A stretch of 64,000 nt of DNA from the IMG/VR virus record IMGVR_UViG_3300032893_000021, positions 1 to 64,000 of that record; one strand, written 5' to 3'. The notes below the pieces were generated by a model. The model had not been told where the DNA came from and did no database searches. It saw only the letters and a list, made by a program, of their open reading frames with translations. The position numbers and the translations under genes were made by a program. This document shows, one piece after another, positions 38,115 through 49,200 of this stretch; position 1 is the first letter of the stretch; every line of letters starts with the position of its first letter. The DNA is from a virus.

Positions 38115-39908
38115 CTGGCAACCCTGTTCAGGGCGGGCGACTTCCGCCCGTCGTCCGGCAAGGCCCGGACCGAGCTGGCGACCCAGGCCGCCGAGCTCGT
38201 CAAGGGCGAGGGGTACGCCCGCGTCGGCGGCAACAGGCCGCTGCGGAGCACCTCGAAGATCATGGACCACGGCATGCGCCTCGCGAAGGCCATGCGGAGG
38301 GTGTCCGAGCGCTCCCGCCGGGACGGCGCCGACGCCTTCAAGTCGATGAACCCGTCGTTCATCACCGAGTTCGGCCGCTTCTACGCCGCCCAGCCGCAGC
38401 AGCAGGCGATGACCCAGCTGTTCGCCGCGGTCCAGGAGCTGGCCGCCTCCGTCGGCAAGACGATCTCGCTCTCGTCGCCGCTCTCGACGGGCCTCGTCCC
38501 GTACGACCTCGTGGCCCCGAGCCGCCTGATCTACCCGGTCTACTCGCCCCTCCGCAACAAGCTCCCCAGGACCCAGGGCCAGGGCACGTCCCGCCGGGTC
38601 AAGGTGTTCACCGGCATCTCGGGCTCGCACACAGGCGGCCAGTCCGTCCTGCGCTGGTCCATCCCGGAGTTCCCGGGCGGCGGCGGGCTCGCCGCGACGA
38701 ACTGGCCCAACCAGCTCCCGGCCGCGGGCTCCCAGCACGCCGAGGACGTCACGATCCCGTACAAGTTCTTCGGGATCACCGAGGCCCTCTCGTGGCTCGC
38801 CCAGTTCAGCGGCCAGGGCTTCGAGGACATCTCGGCGCTCGCGAACCTGATCCTGCTGCAGGAGGCCATGCTCGCGGAGGAGCACACGATCCTCCAGGCG
38901 AAGATCGACAACGTCTCGGCCCCGTCCGCGCCCACCGTCGCTGCCCGCACCGCGGCCACCGGCGAGACGGCCCTGTCGGGCGTCACCACGGCGGTCTACG
39001 TCAAGGTGACGGCCACCACGTTCTTCGGCGAGTCCCTGCCGTCCTCGGCGGGCACGGCGAACTGGTCGGCCGGTCAGGTCTGCGACGTCACGATCGTCCC
39101 GACCGCGGGCGCGGCCCAGTACAACATCTACGTCACGACCGGCACGGCCGCCGGGACGTACTACCTGATGGCCTCCGGCGTCGGCGGCCACAAGTACACC
39201 CTGCAGGGGGCGCTCCCGACGGGCGGCACCCAGCCCCCGACGGCCGACTCCGGAACCGGCAACTCCAACGACTACGACGGCCTGTTCCCGATCCTCGACG
39301 GGTCGACCCACACGGGCTCCTACCCGGCGTCCGGCTACAAGGCCGGGTACATCAACCAGTCCGTCGGCAGCCAGCTGACGATCGCCGTCCTCGCCGACAT
39401 GTGGCGCGGCCTCTGGGACAACACGGCGTCGAACAACGCCTCGGACTCCGGCGGCTTCCGGGCCGACCCGGCCGAGCTGCTCGTCGAGGGCACCGACTCG
39501 GCGAACTTCGCCGAGAACATCCTCGCGCAGTCCTCGGGCGGCCAGCAGGCGTACCAGATCCGCATCGACATGGACGACGTCGGGAACATCCGCGCTGGCG
39601 CCGCGGTCTCCCAGATCCAGAACCCGATCACGCGGTCGATGGTCGCCCTCGTCACCCACCCGTACATGCAGCAGGGCAACGCGCTGGCGCTGACCTACCA
39701 GCTGCCCCAGTCGTTCTCCAACGTCGGCAACGCCTGGGAGGTCACGAACGTCCAGGACTACGTCAGCATCAGCTGGCCGGTCATCGACGTCACGTTCCGG
39801 TACTCGCTCTTCCAGTACGGCGCCCTCGTCGGCATCGCCCCGCAGTTCTCCGGCCGCCTCGGCGGCATCCAGAAGTCGGGCGACTCCACGAACGGCAACT
39901 GGGCCTAG
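38115..39908 (+). CDS. Major capsid protein with an inserted FN3/Ig-like domain (start CTG 38115)
   Basis: Follows the protease/scaffold; GLVPYDL..LIYPVYSPLRNKLPR..GQG, AMLAEEHTIL, YGAL..APQF; followed by a hairpin. Confidence 0.85.
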   Translation: MATLFRAGDFRPSSGKARTELATQAAELVKGEGYARVGGNRPLRSTSKIMDHGMRLAKAMRRVSERSRRDGADAFKSMNPSFITEFGRFYAAQPQQQAMTQLFAAVQELAASVGKTISLSSPLSTGLVPYDLVAPSRLIYPVYSPLRNKLPRTQGQGTSRRVKVFTGISGSHTGGQSVLRWSIPEFPGGGGLAATNWPNQLPAAGSQHAEDVTIPYKFFGITEALSWLAQFSGQGFEDISALANLILLQEAMLAEEHTILQAKIDNVSAPSAPTVAARTAATGETALSGVTTAVYVKVTATTFFGESLPSSAGTANWSAGQVCDVTIVPTAGAAQYNIYVTTGTAAGTYYLMASGVGGHKYTLQGALPTGGTQPPTADSGTGNSNDYDGLFPILDGSTHTGSYPASGYKAGYINQSVGSQLTIAVLADMWRGLWDNTASNNASDSGGFRADPAELLVEGTDSANFAENILAQSSGGQQAYQIRIDMDDVGNIRAGAAVSQIQNPITRSMVALVTHPYMQQGNALALTYQLPQSFSNVGNAWEVTNVQDYVSISWPVIDVTFRYSLFQYGALVGIAPQFSGRLGGIQKSGDSTNGNWA

Positions 39909-39916
39909 CACTTCAC

Positions 39917-39954
39917 GCGGGGCGGGCGGTGCTCTCCCTCACCGCCCGCCCCGC
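39917..39954 (+). terminator. Strong hairpin after the capsid gene (terminator or mRNA stabiliser, no U-tract)
   Basis: gcggggcgggcggtg - ctctccct - caccgcccgccccgc, a perfect 15-bp stem. Confidence 0.65.
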
Positions 39955-39975
39955 CGGGACCATAGGAGGCGCAAC

Positions 39976-40278
39976 GTGCCCTTGTTCCAGCTCCTCGGGG
40001 GCGCCCGGGGCCTCGACATGCCCGACGGGTCGTCCGTCCAGGCCGACAGGCATGGGCGGGTGGTCGTGCAGGACGAGGCGGCGGCGTCCATCCGCGGGAG
40101 CGCGGCCATGAGGCGCTACGACGCCATCGTCGAGATCGCTCCGGCGCGCTACTCCGCCGGGGCGGTCGACGGCCGGGAGTGCCCGTCCTGCGGGCGCTCG
40201 TGCTGGCCCTGGACAACCGAGTGCGGCAGGTGCGGCTCCGCCCTGGCGCCAAGCGACGGAGGCTCATTGAGGACATGA
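39976..40278 (+). CDS. Small Zn-ribbon protein; paralog of 53927-54202
   Basis: AGGAGG SD; MPDGSSV..GRVVV..CPSCG..W..CGRCG. Confidence 0.65.
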   Translation: MPLFQLLGGARGLDMPDGSSVQADRHGRVVVQDEAAASIRGSAAMRRYDAIVEIAPARYSAGAVDGRECPSCGRSCWPWTTECGRCGSALAPSDGGSLRT

Positions 40279-40823
40279 CCGTCTACCTCCAGCACACCTT
40301 CTACAGCATCGGCATCCCCGAGACGGGGCACGTGCACAACCGGAACGCGCCGCCCGAGGACGAGACGCCGACGGCGATCGACTGCGATCTGTGCGAGCCG
40401 TACCTCGTCAAGAACGCCGGTGCCGTGTACGACACCCGCCTCCTGCCGCCGACGCAGGCCCAGGCCGAGCGCGCCGAGCGCGAGTCCGGCCAGGGCAGCA
40501 CGGCGGCCGAGATCGGGGAGCGGATCGCCGAGGCGCTGGAGGGCCGCCCCGCGCGGCGCGGTCGCAAGGACAAGGCCGCGGCGGCGGACGGGCCGGAGGT
40601 CCGTGTCGTCGTCGACGGGGGCTGACCAGGGATGGGGCGGCCGAAGCGGCTATGCCGCCTCTGCGCCCGCCCGGGCCAGTACACGGTAGAGAACTGCTCG
40701 GACTGCGGGCACCCGCACTGCAGCGAGCACATAGTCTGGACGGGCGACCGATGGCGATGCCGGAGGTGCGCCCGCCGGGCGACCGGTCGGGGCAACCAGG
40801 CCGGGGAGGCGGCGGAGGCGTAG
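40275..40823 (+). other. Two small ORFs (40275-40625; 40632-40823 Cys-rich)
   Basis: ATGA overlap; Cys pairs. Confidence 0.55.
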
Positions 40824-40940
40824 GGTGGCGAAGGGCACGGTCAGTCCCAAGGGCGACCTCGGGATCGCGGTGCGCCGCGCCGAGCCGTCGCCGGTCCGGC
40901 GCCTCGCCGACGCCATCGCATCTCTCTTGAGGAGGACTTC

Positions 40941-41810
40941 CTGACCAGCATCCCGTCCATCCGCATCCCGCTCCTGGGCGGGAGGCTCGCCTACCTCGCG
41001 CGGCGCGAGGACGCCGCGATCACGGCCCAGCAGCTGTTCGCGACGCGCCTCTACGCGCTCCACCGCGACCGGCACGGGCACGTCATCTCCGACAACCGCG
41101 ACGACTTCGACCTCCTCCGCGGTCTGGGCTACGACCTCGGCTCCGGGGCGGTGACGAACGTCGGGGTCATGGCGATGGCCAACGACTATGCGTGGTCGGC
41201 CCAGCTGAACCTGTCGACGATCGGCCTCGCCAACTACCACGCCTGGGGCACGAACGCGACCGCCGCCGCCGCGACCGACATCGCGCTCGGCACGCTCGCC
41301 GCGCCGACGACGACCACCGCCGTGACCGGGACGGCGTCGAACGTCTCGACGGCCAACTCCCAGCAGTACCGCACCGTCGCGACGATCTCGGCTGGCGGCT
41401 CCCTTGCCATCACCGAGTGGGGCGTCCACTCCCTCGCGACCCTGACCTCGTCCACGGGCACCCCGTTCACGGCCACGTCGGCCACGACATGGACGGACAC
41501 GGGCTCCGCCCAGACCGCGTCCTCCGCGACCGTCCGCGGCCTCCAGCAGACCATCGTCAAGCCGGGCACCACGACCGTCTGGGGCCTGAACCTCTCGAAC
41601 ACGACCCACATCGGCACGCTCGCCGTCGGGGCGCTCGCGTCGGGCTGGTTCAAGGTCGCGGACGGCACGGGCGGCTCGACCCCGGGCGCCACCGAGGCGT
41701 TCACGATCCTGCCGGTCATGCTCGACCACAAGCAGTTCTCGGCGATCAACGTCATCAACGGCGACTCCATCCAGTTCACCTACACCCTGACGCTGAACTC
41801 CGGCGGGTAG
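40941..41810 (+). CDS. Thr/Ala-rich virion structural protein (start CTG 40941)
   Basis: GAGGAGG then CTG, in frame with 41151; AITEWGV..DHKQFSAINVINGDSIQFTYTL tail-associated pattern. Confidence 0.7.
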   Translation: MTSIPSIRIPLLGGRLAYLARREDAAITAQQLFATRLYALHRDRHGHVISDNRDDFDLLRGLGYDLGSGAVTNVGVMAMANDYAWSAQLNLSTIGLANYHAWGTNATAAAATDIALGTLAAPTTTTAVTGTASNVSTANSQQYRTVATISAGGSLAITEWGVHSLATLTSSTGTPFTATSATTWTDTGSAQTASSATVRGLQQTIVKPGTTTVWGLNLSNTTHIGTLAVGALASGWFKVADGTGGSTPGATEAFTILPVMLDHKQFSAINVINGDSIQFTYTLTLNSGG

Positions 41811-41884
41811 CCCCGTCCGGGGGGGGAGCGCGAGCCGGGGGCGGGCGCCCGCGGGGCCCCGCCCCCACAGCGATCGAGGTGTAG

Positions 41885-42349
41885 GTGGCGAACAACGTCA
41901 AGATTCCCGCGACGGGCTCAGGCGACGCCACCCCGACGATCGCGTCCGAGGGGATCGGCTCGACGCCGGTCGTCCAGTACCAGCAGATGAAGCTGGTCGA
42001 CGGGACGGTCGGATCGACCACGCCCGTCGACGCGGGCCCCGGCGCCCCCGCCAACGGCCTCCGCGTCGTCGACGCCACGTCGTCGACCCCGACCTCCACC
42101 AACGTGTCGGGAACCACGACATCCACGACCCTGCTCGCGGCGAACGCGAGCCGGGCGGGCGCGACGTTCTTCAACGACTCGACGGCCACCCTGTACCTCC
42201 TGCTCGGCTCCGGCACGGCCTCGGCGACCAGCTTCACGGTCAAGATCGCCTCGGGCGGGTACTACGAGCTGCCCTACGAGTACGAGGGCCAGGTGGTCGG
42301 CGTCTGGAGCGCGGCGGCCGGGGCGGTCCGGATCACCGAGCTCGTCTGA
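41885..42349 (+). CDS. Virion structural/decoration protein
   Basis: LLAANASRAGATFFNDSTATLYL..GVW; beta-sandwich-type sequence. Confidence 0.65.
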   Translation: MANNVKIPATGSGDATPTIASEGIGSTPVVQYQQMKLVDGTVGSTTPVDAGPGAPANGLRVVDATSSTPTSTNVSGTTTSTTLLAANASRAGATFFNDSTATLYLLLGSGTASATSFTVKIASGGYYELPYEYEGQVVGVWSAAAGAVRITELV

Positions 42350-42351
42350 CG

Positions 42352-44655
42352 ATGGCCGCCGCGTACCGCAACAGGGCCGCGTCCGCCGGGTCGACGACCT
42401 CGATCACGGCGACCGTCCCGTCCGGTGTCGTCGACGGCGACGTCATGGTCCTCGTGGTGGCCACGGTCGGCCAGCCGACCTGCACGACGCCGACGGGGTG
42501 GGCACCCCTGCTCAACAACCTCGCCGCGAACATCGGCCAGCGCTTGTTCTGGAGGGTCGCCGCGTCCGAGCCGTCCTCGTACTCCCTGACGCTCGGCAGC
42601 GCGGTGTACAGCGTGACGACGGTGGTCGCGTTCTCGGGCGTCGACCCGGTCATCCCCACGCCCTCGCAGTACGCCGGTCAGACGGCCTCCGCGTCGGCGA
42701 GCATCGTCTCGCCCGCGCTCGGGTCGTGGGCGTCGTGCAACGGCGTCGACGTGAACTTCGCCGCCTCCCGAGTCGGGACGGCGATCACGCAGCCGGGCGG
42801 CTACTCGGACACCGGGAACACGAACTCCGGCGGCGCGGGTCAGCTGGAGGCCGAGGCCTCCTACTCGATCCTCAGCGGCGTCACCACGGTCGGGTCGGTC
42901 ACGGCGACGACGTCCGGCGGCGACTACAACTCGGGCCAGCACGTGTTCCTCCGCTCGTCCGGGTCGGTCGGTACGGCCTACGCGGCCGCCGCCGCGAAGA
43001 CGACGTCCCTGTACGCGGCCCGCTTCGACTCGGGCTCCGGCTTCGGGGCGGCCTACTCGTCGCCGTCGTCGCCGTCCTCGTACCCCGCCACGCTCGCCTC
43101 GCCGGACAGGGCGACCGCCGTCATCATGGGCGAGTCGTCGCCCGGGTACGACGCGGCGGCGTTCCCGTTCCTGGTCGCCTCCGGCTGGGGGACGCGCTAC
43201 GGGAACGCGCCCGGCGCGGTCAACTACCCCAACGGCCTCGCCGCCGTCAGCGGCGCCGTCGCCATGTCGGGGAGCACGACGCCGTACCTCGAGGCGTGGC
43301 CGTGGAGCGCTGGCTTCGGCTCCAAGTACGCCGACCCGGGGACGCTGCCCGAGGCCGACTGCTACAGCATCGCGTTCACGCCGTCGAAGGCCGCCGTCAT
43401 CGTCGGCATCAACGCCTCTCCGTACATCGGGGCGTGGCACTTCGCCTCCGGCTGGGGGTCCAGGTACTCGAACCCGGCGTCGCTCCCGACCCTGATGGGC
43501 AACGCACTGGCCGTGTCGCCGGACGGCAAGGCCGTGATCGCCGGTGACTCGTCGGCGTCGTTCCTGAGCGCGTACCACTGGGACGACTCGACCGGCTTCG
43601 GGTCCAAGTACTCCGCCCCCGGCACGGCCCTCCCGGGGAGCCCCAACTCGATCGCGTTCAGCCCCGACGGGTCGGTCGTCCTGTTCGCGCTGAACTCCTC
43701 CCCGTACGTCTCGGCCTACGCCTTCAACAGCACGACCGGCTTCGGCTCCAAGTACGCCGACCCGGTGATCGGCCCGGGGGTGGTCGTCTACGGCGCGGCG
43801 TTCACGCCGGACGGCAAGGCGGTCGTGCTCGGGATCTCCGGCTCGCCGTACATGGCGGCGTTCCAGTGGGTTCCCGGCACCGGGTGGGGATCGCGGATGA
43901 ACTCCCCGCTCTCGTCGCCCGGCGCGGACATGGGGTTCCCGGTCATCATGGCCTCGCCGCCCGACCAGTACGACCTGTCGGTGCTCTCCGACTCGCCGCT
44001 CGCGTACCTGCGGCTCGACGAGTCGAAGGGCTCCGTCCCGGCCGACTCGTCCGGCAACACGAGGACGTGGGTGTACGGCGGGACGGTGCGTCAGGGGGTC
44101 CAGGGGATCGGGGTCGGGGGCGGCGCGCTCGGCCTCGACGGGTCGACGGGCTACGTGGGCGACACGGCCGACAACTTCATGCCGACCGGCAACGGGTCGT
44201 GGACCGCCGAGGCGTGGGTCCGGGTCCCGGCGTCGGCGAACGCGCAGGCCGTCGGGTGGGGGGCCTACTCCGCGAACCAGTCGTGGTTCCTCGGCTGGGA
44301 CTCGTCGGGGCACATGTACGCGGTGCTCTACGGCGGGTCGAACAACTTCCTCGACACCGCGTCGAACGTCTCGGACGGGGCCCTCCACCACATCGCGGCG
44401 ACCTGGGACGGGACGCACCTCGTCGGCTACCTCGACGGGGTCCGGGGGTCGGGCGGCATCCTGACGCCGGGGATCACGGGGGCCGTCCCCGCGTCCCAGT
44501 CGATCTACGTCGGGGTCTGGTCCGCCTACATGGGCGGGTCGATCTCGCGCGTGGCGCTGTACGGGACGGCGCTCTCCGCCGCGAGGATCGCCGAGCACTA
44601 CGCCATCGGCGCCGCCGTCCCCGGCGTCCGGCTCGTCCGGCACAGGTCGGTCTGA
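42352..44655 (+). CDS. Virion protein with beta-propeller-like repeats and a C-terminal LamG/ConA-like domain
   Basis: Repeats GFGSKYADP..AF(S/T)PDG..SPY. C-terminal DSPLAYLRLDE..WTAEAWV..HHIAATWDG..YLDG..VALYGTALSAARIAEHY. Confidence 0.75.
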   Translation: MAAAYRNRAASAGSTTSITATVPSGVVDGDVMVLVVATVGQPTCTTPTGWAPLLNNLAANIGQRLFWRVAASEPSSYSLTLGSAVYSVTTVVAFSGVDPVIPTPSQYAGQTASASASIVSPALGSWASCNGVDVNFAASRVGTAITQPGGYSDTGNTNSGGAGQLEAEASYSILSGVTTVGSVTATTSGGDYNSGQHVFLRSSGSVGTAYAAAAAKTTSLYAARFDSGSGFGAAYSSPSSPSSYPATLASPDRATAVIMGESSPGYDAAAFPFLVASGWGTRYGNAPGAVNYPNGLAAVSGAVAMSGSTTPYLEAWPWSAGFGSKYADPGTLPEADCYSIAFTPSKAAVIVGINASPYIGAWHFASGWGSRYSNPASLPTLMGNALAVSPDGKAVIAGDSSASFLSAYHWDDSTGFGSKYSAPGTALPGSPNSIAFSPDGSVVLFALNSSPYVSAYAFNSTTGFGSKYADPVIGPGVVVYGAAFTPDGKAVVLGISGSPYMAAFQWVPGTGWGSRMNSPLSSPGADMGFPVIMASPPDQYDLSVLSDSPLAYLRLDESKGSVPADSSGNTRTWVYGGTVRQGVQGIGVGGGALGLDGSTGYVGDTADNFMPTGNGSWTAEAWVRVPASANAQAVGWGAYSANQSWFLGWDSSGHMYAVLYGGSNNFLDTASNVSDGALHHIAATWDGTHLVGYLDGVRGSGGILTPGITGAVPASQSIYVGVWSAYMGGSISRVALYGTALSAARIAEHYAIGAAVPGVRLVRHRSV

Positions 44656-44665
44656 GGAGGCGGCG

Positions 44666-45214
44666 ATGGCGTACTACGCGCCCGAGGTCATGCCGATCGG
44701 CGGGATCATCCTGTGGTCCGGCTCGATCGCCTCGATCCCCTCCAACTGGCAGCTGTGCGACGGCACGAACGGGACGCCCGACCTGCGCGACAAGTTCGTG
44801 GTCGGCGCGCGACAGGACAACGCGGGCGTCGCCAACACCAACCTGACCGGGTCGCTCACCCAGTCCGGCGCGGCGGCCGCCTCGAGCCACTCGCTCTCCA
44901 CGAGCGTCGCGGTCAGCGCCCATACGCTGTCCACGAACGTCTCGCTCTCGAGCCACACCCTGACGACCAACGTCGCGATCGCGGCCCACACCCTCAACAC
45001 GTCGTCGACCTTCCGGACCTCGTCCGCCTCGACCTCGGCGGCCGTCACGGGGCCGACCAGCCTGACGCACACGATCACCCAGCCCGTGGTTGGAGACCAC
45101 TCGATCACCCAGCCGGTCGTCTCCGCCCACTCGATCACCCAGCCGGTCGTCGCCGACCATACGACCGCCTGGCCCGGCTACTATGCGCTCGCGTACATTC
45201 AGCGAATCGCGTAG
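44666..45214 (+). CDS. Tail collar-domain fibre protein with His repeats
   Basis: MPIGGIILWSG..WQLCDGTNGTPDLRDKFVVGA ... PGYYALAYIQRI; periodic His. Confidence 0.75.
   Translation: MAYYAPEVMPIGGIILWSGSIASIPSNWQLCDGTNGTPDLRDKFVVGARQDNAGVANTNLTGSLTQSGAAAASSHSLSTSVAVSAHTLSTNVSLSSHTLTTNVAIAAHTLNTSSTFRTSSASTSAAVTGPTSLTHTITQPVVGDHSITQPVVSAHSITQPVVADHTTAWPGYYALAYIQRIA
45068..45160 (+). repeat. Three 30-nt tandem repeats (cac-w-cgatcacccagcc-s-gt) encoding H(T/S)ITQPVVxx
   Basis: Directly visible in the sequence. Confidence 0.8.
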
Positions 45215-45229
45215 AGGGGAGCATGGCCG

Positions 45230-45499
45230 ATGAAGGCGAAGGTCTTCGAGGAGGAGGTCGCGCGCCTCCGGGAATCCCTGCCGGACGGCTGGGCATGGAC
45301 CGGCCTCAAGCTGCACGACGAGACCACGGACGAGATGCACGGCGAGATGTGGACCGCGACCGTCCGCTCCAGGCTGCCGCCGCTCGACGGGTCGGGCGGC
45401 GTCATCCTCTGGGAGCGGGAGGGCCCTCCGAGGGCGACCCCGGCCGACGCGCTGGACGCCGTCAGGGGGGAGATCAGGAAGCAGGCGCGCCGTGGGTAG
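45230..45499 (+). CDS. Small hypothetical protein
   Basis: Short ORF between the fibre and glycosyltransferase genes. Confidence 0.5.
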   Translation: MKAKVFEEEVARLRESLPDGWAWTGLKLHDETTDEMHGEMWTATVRSRLPPLDGSGGVILWEREGPPRATPADALDAVRGEIRKQARRG

Positions 45500-46238
45500 G
45501 GGGAAGGCCTCGAAGGCCGGGACCGCCCCCGCCGCCGTGCAGGACCCCCCGCCCGGGGACGTGTTCGTCGCCGAGGCCCCCGTCCCGGACCGCGAGGACT
45601 CGGTCCTGATCGGCTGCCCGACGTACAAGGGCCTCGCCCCGATCCTGAAGGAGTGGCTCGAGCACGTCGCCGCCCTCCACTGGAAGAACCGCCGGACCAT
45701 CCTGGTTGACAACACGGCCGACGGCGGGAAGTACGCCGACCGGGTCAGGCGCAAGTGGACGAAGGTCTACGGCGACCTCGACGTCCGCCACGTCGAGCCC
45801 TCGAAGGACTGGGAGGATACGTTCTACCGCTCGTGGAGGGTGATCGCGGACCACGCCGAGTTCAACGGGTACGACTGGGTCTGGAGCCTCGAGCAGGACG
45901 TGATCGTCCCCGAGCTGACGCTCGACACGCTCCTCAACGTGGCTGGCTACATCAAGGCCCCGTTCGTGACCCACACCTACCCGTACCATAACGGCCGCCC
46001 GGGGTACTACCAGGGCCTCGGGTGCACCCTGATGAAGATGGAGCTCCTGATCGGGGCCCTCGGGATCGCGTACAAGCGGGTGCCGCTGGTCGAGGGAGCG
46101 GTCTACGACGTCGCCAAGCGCGGCACGCACGCGTCGCTCCACGAGGTCCTCGCGATCGAGCACCGCGACAACGACGGCCGGTACTGGCAGTTCGGCACCC
46201 TCGACGGCGAGGAAGCCGCCGTCCGCATCGAGCCGTAG
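45492..46238 (+). CDS. GT-A fold glycosyltransferase
   Basis: VLIGCPTY..ILVDNT..YDWVWSLEQDVIVP..GLGCTLM. Confidence 0.8.
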   Translation: MGRGKASKAGTAPAAVQDPPPGDVFVAEAPVPDREDSVLIGCPTYKGLAPILKEWLEHVAALHWKNRRTILVDNTADGGKYADRVRRKWTKVYGDLDVRHVEPSKDWEDTFYRSWRVIADHAEFNGYDWVWSLEQDVIVPELTLDTLLNVAGYIKAPFVTHTYPYHNGRPGYYQGLGCTLMKMELLIGALGIAYKRVPLVEGAVYDVAKRGTHASLHEVLAIEHRDNDGRYWQFGTLDGEEAAVRIEP

Positions 46239-46248
46239 CCGGGGCTGA

Positions 46249-49200
46249 TTGAGCCTCCTCACACTCCTCCACGGGGCGTCGACCGGCGGCGGGACGACCT
46301 ACACCTCGACCCTGACCGCCAGCATGTCCCCGGCCGCCTCGTCGTTCTCAAGGGCGTCGAAGCGCGCGCTGACCGCCACGGAGGGTCCAGCCGGGGCGCT
46401 CGCCCGCCTGTCGGCCAGGGCGATGGCCGCCTCCGTCACCCCGTCCGGCTCGGCCGCCCGCCGCACGGCGCGCTCGCTGGCGGCGTCCGTCAGCCCGGCC
46501 GGTGTCCTCCTGCGGGCCCTTCCGCACTCGATGACCGCCTCAATGGGCCCGGCGGGCGCCGCCGCCCGGCGGACGGCCCGGGCCCTTGCGGCGTCCTCCG
46601 GCCCGGCCGGTTCGCTCGTCCGCACCGGGATGCCGGTCAGGATGACGGCCTCGGAGTCCCCGTCCGGGTCGGCGGCCCGGCGGACGGCCCGCGCCCTCGC
46701 GGCCTCCGTCACCCCGGCCGGGGCCCTCTCGCGCTCGGCTTCGAGGGCCCTGTCGGCTACCATCTCGCCTGCGGGGTCGGCGGCCAAGCGGGCGGCGCGC
46801 TCGCTGACTGCGGCCGAGGGTCCGTCCGGGTCGCTGCTCCGCTTCACGACGCGAACGCTCGCCGGGTCCATCGGCCCGGCTGGCGCTGCCGCTCGGGCGT
46901 TCCCCCACGCCCTCGCCGCCTCGATCGGGTTCGGCCCCCCAGGCTCGTCCGGCCTCGGCGCCCTGCTCGGCGCCGCGGTCCCCGGCTCGACCGTCCTCGG
47001 CTCGTACGGCGCCGCCGCGACCGACGCGCTGACGAGGTCGACCAGGCGCGCCCTCGCGGCCGCGGCGTCCTCGTCTGGGGCGCTCGGAAGGGCCGGGATG
47101 CCGGTCCGCCTGACGGCGGCGATCGGGCCCGCAGGGGCCGCCGTGCGCTCGACCGCCAGGAAGCTCTCGGCCTCAGTCACCCCGGCCGGGACGGTCCTCC
47201 GGGCGTACGTCCGGGCCCTCGCGGCCTCCGTCGCACCGGCCGGTGCGCTGGCGCGCGCATCCGCAGTCCCGCTCTCGGCCTCGATCTCGTCGGGCGGGGC
47301 GTACGCTCGCCGCACCTCGAGGGCGCTCGCGGCCGCCGTCTCCCCGTCCGGCGCGGCGGCCAAGGCCGTTGCGAGGGCGCTGGCCGCCTCGGTCACCCCG
47401 ACCGGGACGGTCCTGCGGGCCCAGGTCCGCGCCCTCTCGGCCTCCGTATCCATGTCGGGGTCAGTCTCGCGGAGCGCCGCCCGGTCCCTCGCGGCGTCGA
47501 TCGGACCGGCTGGCGCCGCCGTCAGGTCGACCGCACGGGCCCTCGCCGCGTCCGCCTCGCCGTCCGGCGTCCTCGGCCGGGCCGGGATGCCGGTCAGGAT
47601 GGCCGCCTCGGTCACGCCAGCCGGGGCCGCCGCCCGCCGCACGGCGAGGGCGCTTGCCGCCGCCGTCGCCTCCTCGGGCGCCCTCGCGCGCTCGGGGATG
47701 CCGGTCAGGATGACGGCCACGATCGGCCCGGCCGCCTCACTCACCCGCTCGTTCCCGTACCGCCTCGCCGCGTCGATCGGCCCGGCCGGGACTCTCGCCA
47801 GGTCCGCCGCGCGCCAGCTGGCCGCGTCCCTCTCGCCCGCCGGGGCCGTCCTCCGGGCGCAGGTCAGGACCCTGGCAGCGTCCGTCACCCCGTCCGGGGC
47901 CGCGTCCAGGAGGACGGCGCGCCCCATGCCAGCCTCGCTGTCGCCAGCCGGGGCGGCCGCCCGCGCCGTGGCAAGGGCGCTCGCCGCGTCCGTCTCGCCC
48001 GCCGGGGCGATCGGCCGGGCCGGGATGCCGGTGCGGATGACGGCTGCCCTCGCGGCATCCGGCGCCGCCGCCCGGCGGACGGCCCGCGCCCTGATCGCCT
48101 CCGCGTCCCCGGCCGGGGTCCTCGTCCGCACCGGGATGCCGGTCCGCCTGACGGCGGCCGTCGCACCGGCCGGTGCCCTGCTCAGGGCGTTCCCCTACCG
48201 GCTCGCGGCGTCCGTCGCGCCAGCCGGTGCGATCACCAGGTCGACTGCCCGCGCCCTGTCCGCGTCGCTCTCCGCGGCCGGTTCGGCCTCGCGCGGCTTC
48301 CCGTACAGGATGACGGCCTCGGTCAGCCCGGCCGGGACGGTCCTGCGGGCGTTCCCGTACCGGCTGGCCGCGTCGGTCACCCCGGCGGGCGCCGCGGCCC
48401 GGCGGACGGCGCGCCAGCTGGCGGCCTCGGCCTCGCCGTCCGGCGTCGTCTGGCGCTCCTTCCCGTACCGGCTCGCGGCCGCGTCACTCTCTCCTGCCGG
48501 GGCCGTCCTCCGGGCGCTCCCGCACACGATGTCGGCAGCCGTCTCCCCGGCCGGGTCCGCGGCCCGCCTGACGGCGCGCAGGCTGGCGGCGTCCGTCGGC
48601 CCGTCCGGCTCGATCGCCCGGGCGGCCTCCAGGGCCCTGTCCGCGTCGATCGGCCCCGCGGCCTCGCTCGCACGCCTGGCGGCCCGGGCCCTCGCGGGTG
48701 CCCTGTCGCCCGTCGGGTCCCTCGAGTCGTCCGGCGGCAGGTTCGTCTACCTGACGGCCGCGATCACGACGTCCGCGTCGGTCGCCATGTCGACCTCGAG
48801 GAGGCTCGCCGCCGCCCTGCCACCGGCCGGTGCGCTGGCCAGGGCGCGCCTCGTCTCGCTCGCGGCCGCCCTATCGTCGTCAGCCTCGCTGGCCCGGCGC
48901 ACGGCCCGGGCGCTGGCCGGGGCCTCGTCACCCGCCGGGGCGGCGTCCCTCAGGACCGGCGTCCCGCTCGCCGGGACCGCCTCCCCGGCCGGTTCGGCCT
49001 CGAGGTCCACCGCCAGGAAGCTCTCCGCCTCGGCCTCCCCGGCCGGTTCGCTCGCCCGGGCGGCCTCCAGGCAGCTCGCGGCCGCCGTCTCCGCCTCGGG
49101 CGCCCTCACCCGGCGCACTGGCCGCCTCCTCGCCGCGTCGGCCTCGGCGTCCGCCTCGCTGGCGCGGGCGTCCTCGAGGGCCCTGTCAGCCGCGCTCGAC

